Notes: generated from the letters alone by a model not told the origin. DNA of 64,000 nucleotides from Snowella sp. (GCA_035285545.1 JAYKGY010000104.1:128001-192000), one strand, 5' to 3'; shown: positions 30,652 through 41,153, numbered from the stretch's first letter. A program made the numbers and translations.

Positions 30652-30912
30652 GACGTTAACGATGTTAGGCGTTGTCTAACACCTCTCCCTGATATTCGGT
30701 TCATTCTTATTTCCTTTCAATCTAGCCGTGAGACTTTTTCTGAGTTACCCATCACGTCAATTTAGAGTGGCTGATGATGACCGAGAGAAGGTGCAAGGAA
30801 TCTCAGATTAGATTAGGATAGAGTTTGGGCGTTTAAGGGTTTCTTGTTTGTAACATTAAACTGAAGCCTGACTGCTAATGCTTTTTATCAACTTGCACCT
30901 GGTCTAAAATCG

Positions 30913-31140
30913 ATGCAAAAACGATCTCCTTTTGATTCTTCCCAAATTATGTACCGTGCCGAAGAACTTCTACGGGCGGCTTCTAACCGATACCTTATTA
31001 CTGTGCAAGTCGCAACCCGTGCAAAGCGTCGTCGTTATGAAGATTTTGACAATATCGATGATCCGATGATGAAACCTGCTATTCGTGCCATTATCGAAAT
31101 GTCGGATGAATTGACTCAGCCTGAGATTATTAGTGATTAA
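30913..31140 (+). CDS. rpoZ: RNA polymerase omega subunit (cyanobacterial type)
   Basis: [17 protein letters not shown] and [13 protein letters not shown] motifs. Confidence 0.92.
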   Translation: MQKRSPFDSSQIMYRAEELLRAASNRYLITVQVATRAKRRRYEDFDNIDDPMMKPAIRAIIEMSDELTQPEIISD

Positions 31141-31181
31141 TTTTATCTAGCCGAGAGCGTCTTTGTAGCACTTAAAAACTG

Positions 31182-31847
31182 ATGAGTATTGTATCCAAAA
31201 TTGCTCATAGCTTGGTTTTCCTATTCCCCAACAGACATCATCGAATAGGAAAAGCTTTTTCATTTTTGCTCTTGCTTCTTCTCGGCCTAAGTTTTTCGAT
31301 TTTGGGAAACTTAAATTCTTCGTTACCGAACGCGATCGCGCAAACCTCGCCCCCGCCGGTATCTATGGGTTTTTCTGGAAGAGTTGAAGACGCTTCAGCG
31401 ATTGTTTATCAACAGTTACCCTATTTACCCAAAGAAAATCAATATCGTCGTCTGGATACAGGAGAAATTGACCCAAATCATACCTTAATTAGCCGCTTCA
31501 TTCGCTATCATCAAGATCTTAAAAAACGAGCTACTCGTTACCGTTTAGATTGGAAAATCACCTTTGCTGATTATCTCGGTGTTAATGATTTGATCGATCC
31601 CGATCAGTATCCTGGAAAACTGACACTACAAACCAATCCCGCCAATACTGATATTAAAGCCATTCAAGCCTTAAATCGCCGTCAACGCCAAGAGTTAGTC
31701 GATTTATTGACCTTAATTTATAAACCCAAAGCATCCGCTAATCCCACTCCACCCAAAGCGTCTCCCACGCCTCAAGTTACCCCGACGTTTGATCCCCGTA
31801 AACCAGCTCTAGGTCAACCTGGGGATGCCCAATTGTTGATGCCTTAA
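31182..31847 (+). CDS. Conserved cyanobacterial exported hypothetical protein
   Basis: Signal/TM segment; VYQQLPYLPKENQY and RLDWKITFADYLG motifs; Pro-rich tail. Confidence 0.7.
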   Translation: MSIVSKIAHSLVFLFPNRHHRIGKAFSFLLLLLLGLSFSILGNLNSSLPNAIAQTSPPPVSMGFSGRVEDASAIVYQQLPYLPKENQYRRLDTGEIDPNHTLISRFIRYHQDLKKRATRYRLDWKITFADYLGVNDLIDPDQYPGKLTLQTNPANTDIKAIQALNRRQRQELVDLLTLIYKPKASANPTPPKASPTPQVTPTFDPRKPALGQPGDAQLLMP

Positions 31848-31854
31848 AATTACG

Positions 31855-32223
31855 ATGGAGAATCGGCTGTTAAAACAGGGCAACGGTTGGCGGTTGGGAT
31901 TCAATTCGGCTTCTGAAACCTATCAGGGTCTTGTTGGTGGGGAAGATTGGGCCATTGAGTTAACGACAGCAGAATGGCAAGATTTTTATCGGTTGGTTAC
32001 CCAACTGAGCGATACCATGCAAGCTATGACCGCAGAATTAATGGATGGGGAAAAAATTGCCTGTGAGGCCGAAAGTGATCTGATCTGGGTTGAAGTAGCG
32101 GGTTATCCCCATGCCTACGAATTGCGTTTGATTCTCAGTCAGGGTCGTCGCTGTGAAGGAAACTGGCCGCCCGATGTTGTTCCTGAATTAATTCGTGCGC
32201 TACAAACTTGGACAGTTTTTTAG
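31855..32223 (+). CDS. DUF1818 family protein
   Basis: GNGWRLG, GGEDWAIELT and RRCEGNW motifs. Confidence 0.75.
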   Translation: MENRLLKQGNGWRLGFNSASETYQGLVGGEDWAIELTTAEWQDFYRLVTQLSDTMQAMTAELMDGEKIACEAESDLIWVEVAGYPHAYELRLILSQGRRCEGNWPPDVVPELIRALQTWTVF

Positions 32224-32657
32224 GATTTAGCTTGAATGGTGAGGGTATAGCGTTCGAGTAAGGATGGTTCCCCTTCCCAAGGCCGCCAATGGTTGATGGT
32301 TATCGTTGTTTGGCCGGCTTTTTCAACCCGAAAAGTTAACAGGATTTCTCCGCCACCACCAATCAGTTGAGTAGTAGGGGTTATATAGCGGGTTTCTTCT
32401 AGGCTAACCACTCCATCGGTATTGGGCAAAAATTCCCATTGAAAGCCCGTTGTCAGATTTTCAGGCAGTTGGATTGAAAAGCGATCGCCGACGTTGAGGT
32501 TGAGTGTGGTTCCGTTCTCTTTTTGGGTCAGGATCATCAATTTTGTTGCCGTTTCAGCTTGCACAACCGTATTTTGAACAGGATCAATCAGGGTTAATCC
32601 TCCCAAAACTGACGCGATCGCCGATGCAATGACAAAACCTTTTACTAAATCTTTCAT
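32220..32657 (-). CDS. Secreted chagasin-family (I42) cysteine protease inhibitor
   Basis: Signal peptide; ENLTTGFQW, GGGG and RPWE loop motifs. Confidence 0.85.
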   Translation of the reverse strand: MKDLVKGFVIASAIASVLGGLTLIDPVQNTVVQAETATKLMILTQKENGTTLNLNVGDRFSIQLPENLTTGFQWEFLPNTDGVVSLEETRYITPTTQLIGGGGEILLTFRVEKAGQTTITINHWRPWEGEPSLLERYTLTIQAKS

Positions 32658-32664
32658 CAGAAAC

Positions 32665-33300
32665 TTATTCTTTAACTAAAACACCATTCAGAAAAATATC
32701 GGCCAATCCTTCTGCCATTTCCTGTAGGGCCTTAGGCGAAGCATCGGGTTCAATCGTTTGTTCCGAAAAGCCGGCCACCGCAAACATTCCGAGAAACACC
32801 TGGGCCACAATTTTGGGATTCATTGGCCGATAAATGCCCTTGTTCATCGCCGTTTGAAAAAAAGCTTCGGCCACATCCGTCATTTTATTAATAATTTCGG
32901 ATTGGATGCGATCGCGGAGTTCGGGGTGAAACTGGGCTTCCACAAAACAGACTTGCAATAAATACTTATTTTCCTGCATTCGTAGCATCCGGCGACGCAT
33001 CACTTGAGAAATCGCCTTATAACTTCCCATTTCGCTTAATTCGGTTAATAAGTCGGTTAAAATTTCAATCCAACCCGAAGTAGCCACTTCCACTAAAATC
33101 GCCTTTTTATTAGCAAAATAACGAAATAAAGTTCCTTCTGCCACATTGGCCGCATGAGCCAAATCCTTCGTTGTGGTTCCTTCAAATCCCTGGGTTGCAA
33201 ACAATCGTAGCGCGGCTTGCAAAATACGGGAACGGGTCGATTCTTCCGTAGTAACCTGACCTGGACGGGACGAAAGCAACTGCTGACGGAATCTTTCCAT
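32665..33300 (-). CDS. TetR/AcrR family transcriptional regulator
   Basis: RILQAALRLFATQGFEGTTTKDLA...GTLFRYFANK helix-turn-helix. Confidence 0.93.
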   Translation of the reverse strand: MERFRQQLLSSRPGQVTTEESTRSRILQAALRLFATQGFEGTTTKDLAHAANVAEGTLFRYFANKKAILVEVATSGWIEILTDLLTELSEMGSYKAISQVMRRRMLRMQENKYLLQVCFVEAQFHPELRDRIQSEIINKMTDVAEAFFQTAMNKGIYRPMNPKIVAQVFLGMFAVAGFSEQTIEPDASPKALQEMAEGLADIFLNGVLVKE

Positions 33301-33471
33301 TATTCAAACCCCTTACCAAATGTCTCTATCGCTATTCTCCTCCAGAAAATAAACAGGCTACGCTCCTGCTTCATATAACGTAGGAAAACGTTAGAAAAAT
33401 TCCTGATTGCTTCTGAGAGCCTGATGTCATAATGAGAAAAGAATTTTGGCCCTATAATCGAGTTTTTGATT

Positions 33472-33933
33472 ATGACTGTAGATACCCCCTCCCTCGAAAC
33501 CATCGAAACAACCTTGGAGAACCTAATCCCCCAAAGCCATGAAGAGGTGATCGAAACGGTCATTAGCGGTATGGCTCAAAATGGCAGTGCAATGGTAAAC
33601 GAACAGGGGCCAGGAGCCGTCTGGAAATTTCAATATGGCAGCGTGGAAGTCTTTGTCCAGTTAACAGGGGAAAGCGATGAAGACCTCTTAACCATTTGGG
33701 CCGCTGTGCTGCAATTGCCTGTCCAAGATGAAGCAGGTTTAATGAAAAAATTGTTAACGATGAATTGGTCAGAGACCCTAGAAACCCGTTTTGCCCTCAT
33801 GAATGATGAAGTCGTGGTGATCATGCAACGGGCTGTCGCCGATTTATCCCCTGGCGAGATTTCACGGGCAATTACCTTAGTTGCTACCATTGCCGATGAT
33901 AATGACGATATTTTGCAGGAAACCTTTGCTTAG
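33472..33933 (+). CDS. YbjN-domain protein
   Basis: WKFQYGSVEVFV, KLLTMNW and LSPGEISRAI motifs. Confidence 0.75.
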   Translation: MTVDTPSLETIETTLENLIPQSHEEVIETVISGMAQNGSAMVNEQGPGAVWKFQYGSVEVFVQLTGESDEDLLTIWAAVLQLPVQDEAGLMKKLLTMNWSETLETRFALMNDEVVVIMQRAVADLSPGEISRAITLVATIADDNDDILQETFA

Positions 33934-33981
33934 AGTACCACTCCTGTCGAATTACTACCCCATTTGGGGTTATTTTGCCCG

Positions 33982-36900
33982 TTAGATTTCTACAATAAAA
34001 ATGGAACCCTGGGGATGATTGGGTTCAATGGCAAGGGTTCCTTGGTGGGCTTCGACGGCTATTTTGCAAAAGGCTAATCCTAAGCCCGTTTGATGAACGC
34101 CGGGTTTTAAGCTGCCGATTTCAAATTTATTAAAAATCTTCTGTTTTTCTGCTTCACTAATTCCTGCGCCGGTATCTGCAACTTTTACCTTAACGCGATT
34201 ATCGGATAGATATTCCAAGCTTAAACTCACACTTCCGCCAGCAGGAGAAAATTTAAAAGCATTAGACATTAAATTGTCAATAATACGCCGCAGAATGGTC
34301 GTATCAACCCAAATACTCTTGCCAGGAGGCGGTAATTCACTCAAGAGATTAATTTGAGAGGCACTCGCGACAAGATCAAAATCAGCGAGAACGGCCGAGC
34401 CTAATTGATGTAAATCCGTTTCTGTCGGGTTAAATAACAAGGTTCCCGATTCGAGTTTGGCCATGAATAGGAGGCTATCAATCATGTTTTGCAGTTGCTT
34501 GCCCGAATCCAGTATTTGATCGGTTTTTTTGAGGATTAAGGGTTGAGAATCAGGACGATTAATGTATTTACGCATCATGTTAGCGGCCAAGATCATGGTA
34601 GCTAGGGGATTCCGCAGATCATGGACGATCATATTTGACATATCTTCCCGCAAGGTGAGGGCTTCTTCCCGGAGTTGCAGTAGGGCTTGTAATTCCTGAT
34701 TTTTTTGCTGGAGTTGCAATTCATAATGTTTGCGATCGGTAATATCCTGAAACATGCCGACAATGCCGATGACCTGATTATCCCCATCTCGTAGGGGAGC
34801 TTTATGGGCTTCAATCCAAATTAAATCTCCATTTTCTAAGGTCTGAGTTTCTTCAATGCCTTGCTCGGCAATGCCAGAATTCATAACTCGCTGATCGCTG
34901 ATTCGATACAGTTGGGCCTGCTCCTGGGTCGGAGATAAATCAAAATCCGTTTTACCAATAATTTCTTCCGATGAATTTAAACCCAAAACGGATGCAAGTT
35001 GATGATTACACCCTAAAAAGACAGATTCCCGATTTTTCCAGAATAGGGGTAGGGGTACGGTATCGATAATGGTTTGAATAAATTGTTGCGATTCCCTTAA
35101 GGCTCTTTCGGCTTGTTTGCGATCGCTGATATCGAGAATAATCCCTTGCCAGAGAATATCGCCATTGGTCTGTTGTTCGGGAATAGCGGTTACTTGTAAC
35201 CATTTTAGGATGCCATCGGAGGTGGTGATACGATGTTCTGAGTAAAACGGATTCAAGGTTTGAGCAGAGCTAGAGACCATATTCCGTAAGGTTTGAAGAT
35301 CATCGGCATGGACTTTGGAAAATAAAACACTCGAATCCTCAAGGGCCGCTTCTACGGTCACCCCATAAATCGTTTTAATATAGGGATTGACGTAAATAAA
35401 TTGATCGGTGCCATCGGGATGAAGGACATAGCGGTAAATCACCCCATGGATGTTTTCCGTCAGTATCCGAAACTTCGCTTCACTTTCTTGGAGGGCAAGT
35501 TCTGTCTGTTTGCGATCGCTGATATCCTGAGCATTGCCAATAATTTCTTTAACCTTGCCCTGGGCATCTCGACTAAAAACCGTTTCCTTACTGACGAACC
35601 AACGCCAATGGCCTGCCTTATCTCGAATCCGATATTCAATTTCGATAATTTCATCGTCCCTAATTTCTTCCTCCCGTTCCCTTCGTCCGACTTCTAAAAC
35701 GCGATCGAGATCATCGGGGTGAATCAGTTGGCTGAGAAAAGCGGTCTCCATCGCCAATAACTCATCAGGAGAATAACCCAGTAAGCTAAAAACCGTTTGA
35801 TTGACAAAGATCAACCGTTCTAATTGCAGATCTTCTAAATAAATCAAGTTAGGAGAAGTATTGAGGATGCGTTCTACTAAATATTGACTGCGCTCTAGTT
35901 CTTCCGTTCTTTGGTAAACCCGATCTTCTAATTGATTGTTGAGTAAGGATAAACGGTCAACTGCGGCCTGTAATTCCTGTTCCTTTTGCTTTAACAGCGT
36001 GAGATCAATATTGGTGCCGGAACTCCGTATAGGGCGGCCGTTGACATCTCTTTCCAGCCGTCCTCGGCTTAAGATCGGCACGTAATGGCCTTGCTTATGG
36101 CACATCCGAAATTCTACTTCGTCTGAGATTATGTTCGGATTCGCAAAAATTGTATCTAGACGCGCTATCAACCGCTCTCGGTCTTCTGGATGAATTAAAC
36201 TTTGCCAAACTGCAAAGGTGGATTCCAATTCCCCTGCTTCATAACCGATCATGCGCCACCAACTCGGCGATAGATACAACTCATCGGTAACCATATCCCA
36301 ATCCCACCAACCATCATTGGAACCCCTGAGTATCCGTTCTAAGCGGTCTTGTAGTTGTTTGACGGCAGTTTCAGCCTGTTTGCGATCGCTGATATCCATT
36401 AAAATTCCGGTTAACCCAGTCACCTGCCCCGACGCATCAATAATGGGTTTCCCCTTGGAGAATATATAGCCCGTTGAACCATCCGTCCGAATAATTTGAA
36501 AATCGCTTTCGTAGGGGGTTCTCGTTTCGAGGGACTGGCGAATAACCTGATGACGGCGATCGCGATCGCTGGGGGCAATAAAATCCATCATCGTTGTGTG
36601 GGTCTGATTTGCCTGACTCGCATCCAATCCAAAAAGGTTTAGAACTTCAGGAGAAAACTGAACCATTTCGGTTTTAACATCCAAATACCAACTGCCTAAA
36701 CGGGCGAATTCCTGCGTTTCCCGTAAAAGTGTGGTTTGTTGGACTAATTCCTGTTCAGTTTGTTCGTGTTGCGTCAATAGGGCTTGCAATTCGGCGGTTC
36801 TTTCTTCTACCTTTTGCTCCAGGGATTGGTTGAGCGTTTTTAATTCCCAGTACCAGTTCGCTTGTTGGATCGCGATCGCTAATTGCACCGATAACCGATC

Positions 36901-37788
36901 AATCAGACGAAGATCGGCTTCATCCCAGTGTCGAGGGCCAGAACATTGATGAAATGCCAATAACCCCCACAGAAAATCCTGCTCCTGTTCCGTCGGCAAC
37001 AAAATGGGAACCACTAAATTCGCTCGAATTTGAAATTGTTCGAGTAATTGCACATGACAGTCGGTTAAATGAGCCGCATAAATATCATCGGCTACAAAAA
37101 TTTTGCCCTGATTATAGGCTCCTCCTAAATTTTTTTGAAAACAGGTATCCGTTATCTGGGTATGAAAACAAGAAGACCAGAGCGGAATGACCGATTCTGC
37201 GACAATTCCCCCACTCATATCAGCATTGAATTTATAAATAATCACCCGATCCACGGCGAGAAATTCGCGAACTTCTGTGACAATAGCCTGATAAATCTCG
37301 TTTTGATTTAAAAATTTGCGGATATTCAGAGAAATTTGGGTTAAAAGATCTTCCTGTTGTTGAAATCGAGCTAACTTTTGAGTAAGGCTGACCTGGTTAA
37401 GAACATTAGTAACGCAACGTCGCAGAAACGAGCCGCTGATATCTTCTTTAATCACATAATCGCTGGCTCCTAATTTCATCGCCTGAACTGCAATCCGTTC
37501 ATCACCCGCTCCCGTCATCACAATGATTGGCAATTTAACGCTAGGATCGCTATTCTGAAAGGCTTCTAGAAATGTTAAACCGCTATTGTCAGGTAAATTA
37601 ATATCAATTAAGGCTAAATTCGGTTGTTGTGATCGCCATAGGTCTAATCCCTCTTCTAAACTGCCGGCTTCTAGGATTTGATACCGGGCATTTTCATCCA
37701 TTTGCAGAAAGCGACGGTACGCAGCGCGATCACTTTCGGAATCGTCCACAATTAAAATTGTCGTGGCAGAATTGGGGGCCAAGTTCAT
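33982..37788 (-). CDS. Hybrid sensor kinase: REC - cyanobacteriochrome GAF (DXCF) - 5x PAS - HisKA/HATPase
   Basis: N-terminal REC; GAF with DTCF and CH; five PAS/PAC units; HDLRNP, NLMSNAFKF and GLGL motifs. Confidence 0.9.
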   Translation of the reverse strand: MNLAPNSATTILIVDDSESDRAAYRRFLQMDENARYQILEAGSLEEGLDLWRSQQPNLALIDINLPDNSGLTFLEAFQNSDPSVKLPIIVMTGAGDERIAVQAMKLGASDYVIKEDISGSFLRRCVTNVLNQVSLTQKLARFQQQEDLLTQISLNIRKFLNQNEIYQAIVTEVREFLAVDRVIIYKFNADMSGGIVAESVIPLWSSCFHTQITDTCFQKNLGGAYNQGKIFVADDIYAAHLTDCHVQLLEQFQIRANLVVPILLPTEQEQDFLWGLLAFHQCSGPRHWDEADLRLIDRLSVQLAIAIQQANWYWELKTLNQSLEQKVEERTAELQALLTQHEQTEQELVQQTTLLRETQEFARLGSWYLDVKTEMVQFSPEVLNLFGLDASQANQTHTTMMDFIAPSDRDRRHQVIRQSLETRTPYESDFQIIRTDGSTGYIFSKGKPIIDASGQVTGLTGILMDISDRKQAETAVKQLQDRLERILRGSNDGWWDWDMVTDELYLSPSWWRMIGYEAGELESTFAVWQSLIHPEDRERLIARLDTIFANPNIISDEVEFRMCHKQGHYVPILSRGRLERDVNGRPIRSSGTNIDLTLLKQKEQELQAAVDRLSLLNNQLEDRVYQRTEELERSQYLVERILNTSPNLIYLEDLQLERLIFVNQTVFSLLGYSPDELLAMETAFLSQLIHPDDLDRVLEVGRREREEEIRDDEIIEIEYRIRDKAGHWRWFVSKETVFSRDAQGKVKEIIGNAQDISDRKQTELALQESEAKFRILTENIHGVIYRYVLHPDGTDQFIYVNPYIKTIYGVTVEAALEDSSVLFSKVHADDLQTLRNMVSSSAQTLNPFYSEHRITTSDGILKWLQVTAIPEQQTNGDILWQGIILDISDRKQAERALRESQQFIQTIIDTVPLPLFWKNRESVFLGCNHQLASVLGLNSSEEIIGKTDFDLSPTQEQAQLYRISDQRVMNSGIAEQGIEETQTLENGDLIWIEAHKAPLRDGDNQVIGIVGMFQDITDRKHYELQLQQKNQELQALLQLREEALTLREDMSNMIVHDLRNPLATMILAANMMRKYINRPDSQPLILKKTDQILDSGKQLQNMIDSLLFMAKLESGTLLFNPTETDLHQLGSAVLADFDLVASASQINLLSELPPPGKSIWVDTTILRRIIDNLMSNAFKFSPAGGSVSLSLEYLSDNRVKVKVADTGAGISEAEKQKIFNKFEIGSLKPGVHQTGLGLAFCKIAVEAHQGTLAIEPNHPQGSIFIVEI

Positions 37789-37893
37789 GTTGGGACTTTG
37801 GAAAAAATAGAAGCGTCTTTCTCTCTATTACGGTTAAATAATTAACGAATTTATTGTGTTACATTAATAGATTTTGTATTATTACACAAATCC

Positions 37894-38850
37894 TTAGTTT
37901 TTAGTAGGTAATAGCCGAATAACTCCTCCATAGTTTTCATCATCGGTACCGATATAAATTTCTGGCAGTTGATTCTGGATGGGGCGAATTGCAAGACTTT
38001 CGACTTTAAAGCCATCGATTTCGGCGATCGCGTCTGGTGAAGATGTTAATTGAATAATCGGCGAATGATGACGATCTAAAATAATTTTACCAATTTTCCA
38101 AACGGAACTTTTAAAAGGGCCATTATCTTGATTCGGATCAAAAGCAGAAGCGATATAGAGATTTCCAATATCATCAATAACTAAATCGGAAATATGACGA
38201 ATCTGGGGCGTTTTATCGGGGGTAGTAAAAGCGGTTAACTGGCAGTTCCCCATCCTAAAAGGTTCCAAAGAAAGGGACGTAATACAAATCTCGGTTTTGG
38301 GTTTACCGCCTGCGCGATCGCCGTACAAAAGATAATAATTATCCTGAAAACGGTCAACGGCAATGCCTTCAATGTTGCTATCCCCAATCGTTTTAGGCCA
38401 ATTCGTGACGGCAATGGGGGTTAGGGTTGAATTTTGAAACTGCATTAAAAAGAGGCGACCTGAATGATCTTGATGATTACCGCTTTCGGCCAAAATAAAC
38501 GAATCGGTTTGGGGAATCCGGGCCATACTTTCTAGATCGAGGGCAACACCGCCGACTTTTTCCCAATCGATGTTTAACGGTTGCCAAGTAATGCCTGCGG
38601 AAGAGTGGGGAAGGGTGATCAGGCTAACTCTGGGTTGTTGGGGGTCTTTACTTTTACTGTCATGGACGGCTAAAAATTGGTCATCCTGTAGCCAAGCCAA
38701 GCCACTGAGGTCGGGCAGGTTAGGCTTTGTCTCTACGTTATTAATATTTTGGGCTAGGGAAGAATAACTCAAGAGCGCGATCGCGGCGACTATCATTACC
38801 GTTCCTAACAGACCTAACTCAATCTTTTGTCTCAAATGATTATTTTTCAT
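37894..38850 (-). CDS. Exported hypothetical protein (possible beta-propeller, phytase-like)
   Basis: Signal peptide; DLSGLA, DLES, NIEG and GTDDEN repeats. Confidence 0.6.
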   Translation of the reverse strand: MKNNHLRQKIELGLLGTVMIVAAIALLSYSSLAQNINNVETKPNLPDLSGLAWLQDDQFLAVHDSKSKDPQQPRVSLITLPHSSAGITWQPLNIDWEKVGGVALDLESMARIPQTDSFILAESGNHQDHSGRLFLMQFQNSTLTPIAVTNWPKTIGDSNIEGIAVDRFQDNYYLLYGDRAGGKPKTEICITSLSLEPFRMGNCQLTAFTTPDKTPQIRHISDLVIDDIGNLYIASAFDPNQDNGPFKSSVWKIGKIILDRHHSPIIQLTSSPDAIAEIDGFKVESLAIRPIQNQLPEIYIGTDDENYGGVIRLLPTKN

Positions 38851-38947
38851 CTGCGATTCTTAATTCAAAGTTTTAAATAAATTTAATATAAAAAAGCGAT
38901 CACTAAGAGTATTAATGATCGCAGGAATAAATTTAAGTGATAAATCA

Positions 38948-39382
38948 TTAATTATTAGGTGTTCCTCCTGTAAAACGTTTATAAGACGAAGGGGGAGAAG
39001 TCACTGGCACGTTACCTTTAGAATCTATGGGGTTCGAGTTTGGATTAATATTTTGAGCAGGGGGAACAGGTAGAGAACTAGGAGAGTTTGGGATAGAAGG
39101 CGGAGGTGTAACTGGCAAAGTTGGTAAAGTATTTTCAGTAGAATGTTTACAGAGTGGATCTGCTCCATATACCCCGTTATTTATTCTGGTAAAATCAAGG
39201 AAAAATTTTTCACCAAGTTTTAGCTCATCGTTTGGCCCATAGCAGAGTGATGAGGGAAAAAGAGTATCAACAGGTGGATAATAGTCTCTATTTGTTATAC
39301 CTTGACTATTAGCAGATAAAGATACACTTACAGTAAAAAGCAACGCATATATTACAGGGCGATATTCGTTCATTGTATTCAT
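38948..39382 (-). CDS. Exported Pro-rich hypothetical protein
   Basis: Signal peptide, two Cys and a Pro/Ser-rich tail. Confidence 0.55.
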   Translation of the reverse strand: MNTMNEYRPVIYALLFTVSVSLSANSQGITNRDYYPPVDTLFPSSLCYGPNDELKLGEKFFLDFTRINNGVYGADPLCKHSTENTLPTLPVTPPPSIPNSPSSLPVPPAQNINPNSNPIDSKGNVPVTSPPSSYKRFTGGTPNN

Positions 39383-39457
39383 TGTTATTGCAAGATAAGA
39401 CTAAATTTTGGGTCAACTTAACTAAGCTATTATTCATATTCATTTACAATTAAATAA

Positions 39458-40681
39458 TTAATCCCAATCTATCAGTCTAATGTAAACTTTCTTTTTATCT
39501 TCACCTCTCAGTTTAAGAAGAGGAGCATCAAATTTTCCCTTTCCTCCTTGTTTTTCGAGAGGATATGGAGTGTTATCATTCGTCAAGTCTGGGGTCGCCG
39601 AATCAAGCACCACCTTTTTAGCTCCTCCTTCAGAATCTTCGCCGAGTACTGACAGCGATATTTTAGATACCTTGACATCCTGATTAGAATCATTACAGAT
39701 AGTTCCATGAATTCGATACACGGGAGCAGAATCTTTTTCTCCCAGCTTTTCAAAAGCTATTCGGGCTTCAGTTAGCATCAAAGTAACACCATTTTTCTTA
39801 ACTGCTCCAAAACCATCCGTGTTTGCTTCCTGAACAACGATAATCTCTGGAGCCTGACCCCCACTAATTTCTATTTTTCCAGAGGCAGGAGGGGTTAGGG
39901 GCGGGACTTCTTCTGCTATTCCTCTAGTAATGGTTTTGCCATTCTGTTCTAACGTTAATGAGCCATCAACCCCACCCTGAATAGATTTAACAAATACTGT
40001 TTCTGAAGGATTTGAAGAACTTTGCAACGCTGATCTTTGAGTAATACTTTGTGCAACTGATTGATTGCGTAATTGAACAATAGCGACTGGCCCTTCTCGA
40101 AACTCGATCACTCCATATATTTTCATACCCTTCGCATCTCTTGTATCAACTTCTGGAGGGATAATTTTCGCTGATGCCCCCTGTCCTGCCGTTGCTAATA
40201 CGACCTCTTTTTGGCGGTTTTTGCCAGAACAATAGCGACCTACTTTTGCTTCTTTAAGTGAAGACTCAAAGGTTTTGACTTGTTTTTTTGATTGATTTCT
40301 TGGTAATGCGCTTGATTGACCACTTGCTCTTGGTGATGTTGCGGAACTTGAATTGTTAAATTCATTACCCTGAATCTCTGCTTTAATTGGAATCAAACCA
40401 AAGGGATTATTACGGGCTTTTTGAACCTCTTGTACTCTCTTCTTGGGATCAGTTGCAGGAATTAAACCCTGTGAAGCTAAATCTATACTAGAAGCTTTTG
40501 GCTGTGTTGATCCTTGACTTCCTGCTAGAGGCTGCTGTGCTGGGGGAGGAGCAACAGGCGGAGGACTCGCTGTAACAGGTGGAGGGGTTGGGTTAGTTGA
40601 TTGTTCTTCTGGAGAACTAGCACAACTTACAAGGGTTAATAACGGTAAAATACTTAAAAAAACTATCCAATGCTTGCTCAT
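39458..40681 (-). CDS. Lipoprotein, possibly PilP/PilW-like
   Basis: ATG at 40681 gives lipobox LVSC; Pro-rich linker; RNNPF motif followed by GVIE...AIVQ. Confidence 0.6.
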   Translation of the reverse strand: MSKHWIVFLSILPLLTLVSCASSPEEQSTNPTPPPVTASPPPVAPPPAQQPLAGSQGSTQPKASSIDLASQGLIPATDPKKRVQEVQKARNNPFGLIPIKAEIQGNEFNNSSSATSPRASGQSSALPRNQSKKQVKTFESSLKEAKVGRYCSGKNRQKEVVLATAGQGASAKIIPPEVDTRDAKGMKIYGVIEFREGPVAIVQLRNQSVAQSITQRSALQSSSNPSETVFVKSIQGGVDGSLTLEQNGKTITRGIAEEVPPLTPPASGKIEISGGQAPEIIVVQEANTDGFGAVKKNGVTLMLTEARIAFEKLGEKDSAPVYRIHGTICNDSNQDVKVSKISLSVLGEDSEGGAKKVVLDSATPDLTNDNTPYPLEKQGGKGKFDAPLLKLRGEDKKKVYIRLIDWD

Positions 40682-40886
40682 TGTTGCTCCTCGACCAGAA
40701 TAAGGGATATTCTGCAAACCTATCCGATAATAGCAGACGATCCATTGGTTGGCATTAGTAAAATACACTAATTTTTGATATCTTTACGAAACTAAAAATA
40801 AGGGAAGTTTCAGACAAACATATCTTTTACAATAAGATTGCAAGAATTCACCTAATATAATCAGCCATCCCTTTAATCCTTAAATA

Positions 40887-41153
40887 ATGACAACTCAAGC
40901 CGAAATTATTCGTTATCCCCAATTACCCTTAGCCATTTATCGAGAAGTTGCCGCCCATTTACAACAAATTCAGGGCGTAAAAGCCGAATTAACCCCCCAA
41001 ACGTCCAAACAGTTTGACTATTTCCAAAGCCAAATCGAGTCAGTCCGTATCGAATATCCTGCCGAACTGCCCCATCAAGACAAACAATATTTAGAGTCAA
41101 TCTTGAATCATTACGCTCAAAAATACGGCAACTATCAACGCAAATTGGCTTAA
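40887..41153 (+). CDS. Conserved cyanobacterial small hypothetical protein
   Basis: LPLAIYREVAAHLQQIQGV...FDYFQSQI motif. Confidence 0.7.
   Translation: MTTQAEIIRYPQLPLAIYREVAAHLQQIQGVKAELTPQTSKQFDYFQSQIESVRIEYPAELPHQDKQYLESILNHYAQKYGNYQRKLA

Noticed and set aside
30652..30912. Structured ncRNA between dnaN and rpoZ, and TGTTAG..CTAACA palindromes at 30663 and 43807
   Set aside because: Only short stems with different spacers; compatible with a terminator or chance.
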